Below, piece by piece: positions 61,766-64,000 of a stretch of 64,000 nt of DNA. A program made the position numbers and the translations under genes. The first letter of the stretch is position 1. Each line of letters begins with the position of its first letter. Source of the DNA: an uncultured Chloroflexia bacterium (GTDB taxonomy: Bacteria > Chloroflexota > Chloroflexia > QHBQ01 > JADMIH01); NCBI GenBank assembly GCA_963797095.1, contig CAWCNY010000007.1, positions 96,001 to 160,000 on the forward strand, given 5' to 3'. A model generated the notes under the pieces. It worked only from the letters and a program-made list of their open reading frames with translations, did not search any database and had not been told where the DNA came from.

Positions 61766-64000
61766 ATGCTGAGACACCAACGTAGTCAACTCTTGCAGAT
61801 AGGTGTTGCGGTATTGATGATGGTGCTACTGGCTCAACTGGGGACCTGGGTTGGCTCACAGACCGGGCCGGCAGCGGTCACGCCCCAGAACAACACCCCG
61901 ATGATGGCATCGGTGGCAGGCGCACCCGCTGACCAGGGTAAGGGACAGGCAGTGGATGCGCCGCCGTTCGAGGTGGGTAAGGATGCGATGCATGACGTGT
62001 CGCCACCCCTGCGCGACATTCCACCTGTGCCATACGACAAACCGAGTAGCATACGAGAGATGACCGAGCCGGGCGGCGAAGGGTCAGGTGCAGCGCCATT
62101 GCCTGACGTAAGCGACCCGGTGGTGCAGAACAATTTCGGTAACCAGATCGATGCGCCCTCGCCGAGCAAGAACTTCGAGGGCATAACTAACCGCAACGGC
62201 GTGTACCCACCCGATACGAACGGAGATGTGGGGCCGAACAACTATGTACAGATCGTGAACCTTTCGTTCCAGGTGTTCAACAAGAGCGGCGGGTCGTTGT
62301 ATGGGCCTGTAAACTCCAACACTATCTGGTCGGGGTTTGGAGGGTCATGCCAGACCCGCAACGACGGCGACCCGATCGTGCTGTACAACTCGATGGCTGA
62401 CAGGTGGCTCGTCTCGCAGTTTACGGCAGCCAGCCCTTACGGCCAGTGCGTGGCGATCTCGACCTCGCCCGACCCAACAGGATCGTATTACAGGTACTTC
62501 TTCCAGTTCAGCACGTCCACTTTCTATGACTATCCGCACCTGGGCGTGTGGCCCGATGGGTATTACATGGGCGCGAACCGCTTCACCGGCAACACATATA
62601 ACGGCGGGGCTGCCATTGTGTTCAACCGGGCAAATATGCTGCAGGGTCTTTCGGCTACGTTCCAATCATTCAACCTGAGCAGCAGCTACGGCACGCCTTT
62701 CCCATCGGACCTGGATGGCCCCACGCCACCACCGACAGGCGCGCCCAACTACTTCATGAGCCGGGGCACGAACGTGCTTGACCTGTTCAAGTTCCACGTC
62801 GATTGGACAACACCATCTAACTCGACCTTCACGGGACCAACTGCTCTATCGACAGCGGCCTACAACGTGTTGTGCTCAACTACTCGCAATTGTGTGCAGC
62901 AGCCCGGTACATCGGTAAGGCTAGATGGACTTGGGGACAGGCTTATGTTCCGCGTGGCTTACCGCAACTTCGGAGACCACGAGTCTATCGTGACCAACCA
63001 CTCGGTCAATGTAAGCGGCGGGCTGGCCGGCGTGCGCTGGTACGAGGTGCGCAACCCCGGTGGCTCACCGAGCATCTACCAGCAAGGGACCTATTCACCC
63101 GATAACACGAACAGATGGATGGGCAGCGTGGCGATGGACGGGCAAGGGAACATGGCGATGGTATACAGCGCTTCATCGTCGTCTGTGTATCCTGGCATAA
63201 GGTATACGGGAAGATTGGCGACCGATCCTCTCGGGCAGATGTCACAGGGAGAAACCACCCTGATCGCAGGGAGCGGCTCGCAGACGGGAACGGCGTCGAG
63301 GTGGGGCGACTATTCGATGATGACGATTGACCCCAGCGACGACTGCACGTTCTGGATGACGACCGAATATATTCAGACCACAGGGACGGCAAGCTGGCAA
63401 ACGCGGATCGGGGCGTTCAAGTTCCCCGGCTGCGGCGGCACGCCTCCTACGCCTACCAACACTCCTGTGGTGGCTCCGACCAATACGCCCACGCGCACGC
63501 CGACCGGCTTGCCTACAAATACGCCTACTCGCACTCCTACCAACACTCCGACAAATACGCCAGGGACAGGAGCCACTAATACACCAACACGAACACCAAC
63601 CATCACACGCACACCTACGCGCACCCTTACGCCCACTCGCACTCCTACATCCGCTTTACCTACGAATACACCAACGAGCACTCCTACACCCGGATCGGGC
63701 GGTTGCAGCAACATCATTGCTAACGGTGGGTTCGAGAGTGGATCGACCTCCTGGGTTGAAAGCTCATCGGGCGGCTACGAGCTAGTTGTCAACAATCGCC
63801 CGCACACAGGCTCGTTAGGCGTGTGGGAAGGCGGTTACAACAACGCTACGGAGAGTATCTACCAGACGGTGACAATTCCATCTAACGCTACTTCGGCGGA
63901 CCTGAGCTTCTGGTGGTATATGACATCAAGCGAAGGAACGGGTACGGCGTATGACTATATGTATGCGGAGGTAAGGAACACCAGCGGCACGCTGCTTGGA
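61766..64000 (+). CDS. Large secreted protein ([11 protein letters not shown] domain, PT linker, CBM-like domain), 3'-truncated; absent from ORF track
   Basis: AAGGAG RBS; [11 protein letters not shown] signal, [36 protein letters not shown] repeats, NGGFESG. Confidence 0.85.
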   Translation, partial: MLRHQRSQLLQIGVAVLMMVLLAQLGTWVGSQTGPAAVTPQNNTPMMASVAGAPADQGKGQAVDAPPFEVGKDAMHDVSPPLRDIPPVPYDKPSSIREMTEPGGEGSGAAPLPDVSDPVVQNNFGNQIDAPSPSKNFEGITNRNGVYPPDTNGDVGPNNYVQIVNLSFQVFNKSGGSLYGPVNSNTIWSGFGGSCQTRNDGDPIVLYNSMADRWLVSQFTAASPYGQCVAISTSPDPTGSYYRYFFQFSTSTFYDYPHLGVWPDGYYMGANRFTGNTYNGGAAIVFNRANMLQGLSATFQSFNLSSSYGTPFPSDLDGPTPPPTGAPNYFMSRGTNVLDLFKFHVDWTTPSNSTFTGPTALSTAAYNVLCSTTRNCVQQPGTSVRLDGLGDRLMFRVAYRNFGDHESIVTNHSVNVSGGLAGVRWYEVRNPGGSPSIYQQGTYSPDNTNRWMGSVAMDGQGNMAMVYSASSSSVYPGIRYTGRLATDPLGQMSQGETTLIAGSGSQTGTASRWGDYSMMTIDPSDDCTFWMTTEYIQTTGTASWQTRIGAFKFPGCGGTPPTPTNTPVVAPTNTPTRTPTGLPTNTPTRTPTNTPTNTPGTGATNTPTRTPTITRTPTRTLTPTRTPTSALPTNTPTSTPTPGSGGCSNIIANGGFESGSTSWVESSSGGYELVVNNRPHTGSLGVWEGGYNNATESIYQTVTIPSNATSADLSFWWYMTSSEGTGTAYDYMYAEVRNTSGTLLG

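Noticed and set aside
63440-63692. Tandem DNA repeats near the window end
   Set aside because: They encode an ordinary Pro/Thr linker with degenerate codons

Overview
GC-rich bacterial chromosomal segment, most likely Chloroflexota. This is inferred from the recurring 'FPETG..V.G.FL.YW..NGGL..GYPIS..VQYFERA' surface repeats, MurE with EDPR and a Chloroflexota-type capsid cluster. Housekeeping content: the rpmH-rnpA-yidD-yidC-jag...mnmE block (no dnaA in the window), ppa, two cyclophilins, aquaporin, tRNA-Ala(CGC), murE with a GT4 and a Wzx flippase, a GNATx3-hutU-DUF433-TIGR00300-SDR run, an M23 peptidase, fmt, a UDP-sugar dehydrogenase, corA, an ECF sigma/anti-sigma pair, oppC/oppB and a large secreted protein running off the end. 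At 13.7-21.3 kb lies a decayed phage-head/GTA-like module (terminase, scaffold, capsid, holin) interrupted by cargo genes and an IS1634-like fragment. The most interesting signals are non-coding: (1) a leader-peptide attenuator (M..IRTRT, R-x-R motif) ahead of an uncharacterised SAM methyltransferase; (2) a candidate sRNA under an 11-bp-phased OmpR/PhoB-type box array; (3) a bipartite ~60-bp motif in three copies, one heading the phage-like module; (4) many different heptamer tandem arrays, some nested as inverted pairs or inserted in frame in genes; (5) a ~140-bp MITE-like repeat; (6) a strand-composition switch near 26-30 kb. All family calls come from motif recognition by eye. No database search or folding program was run.
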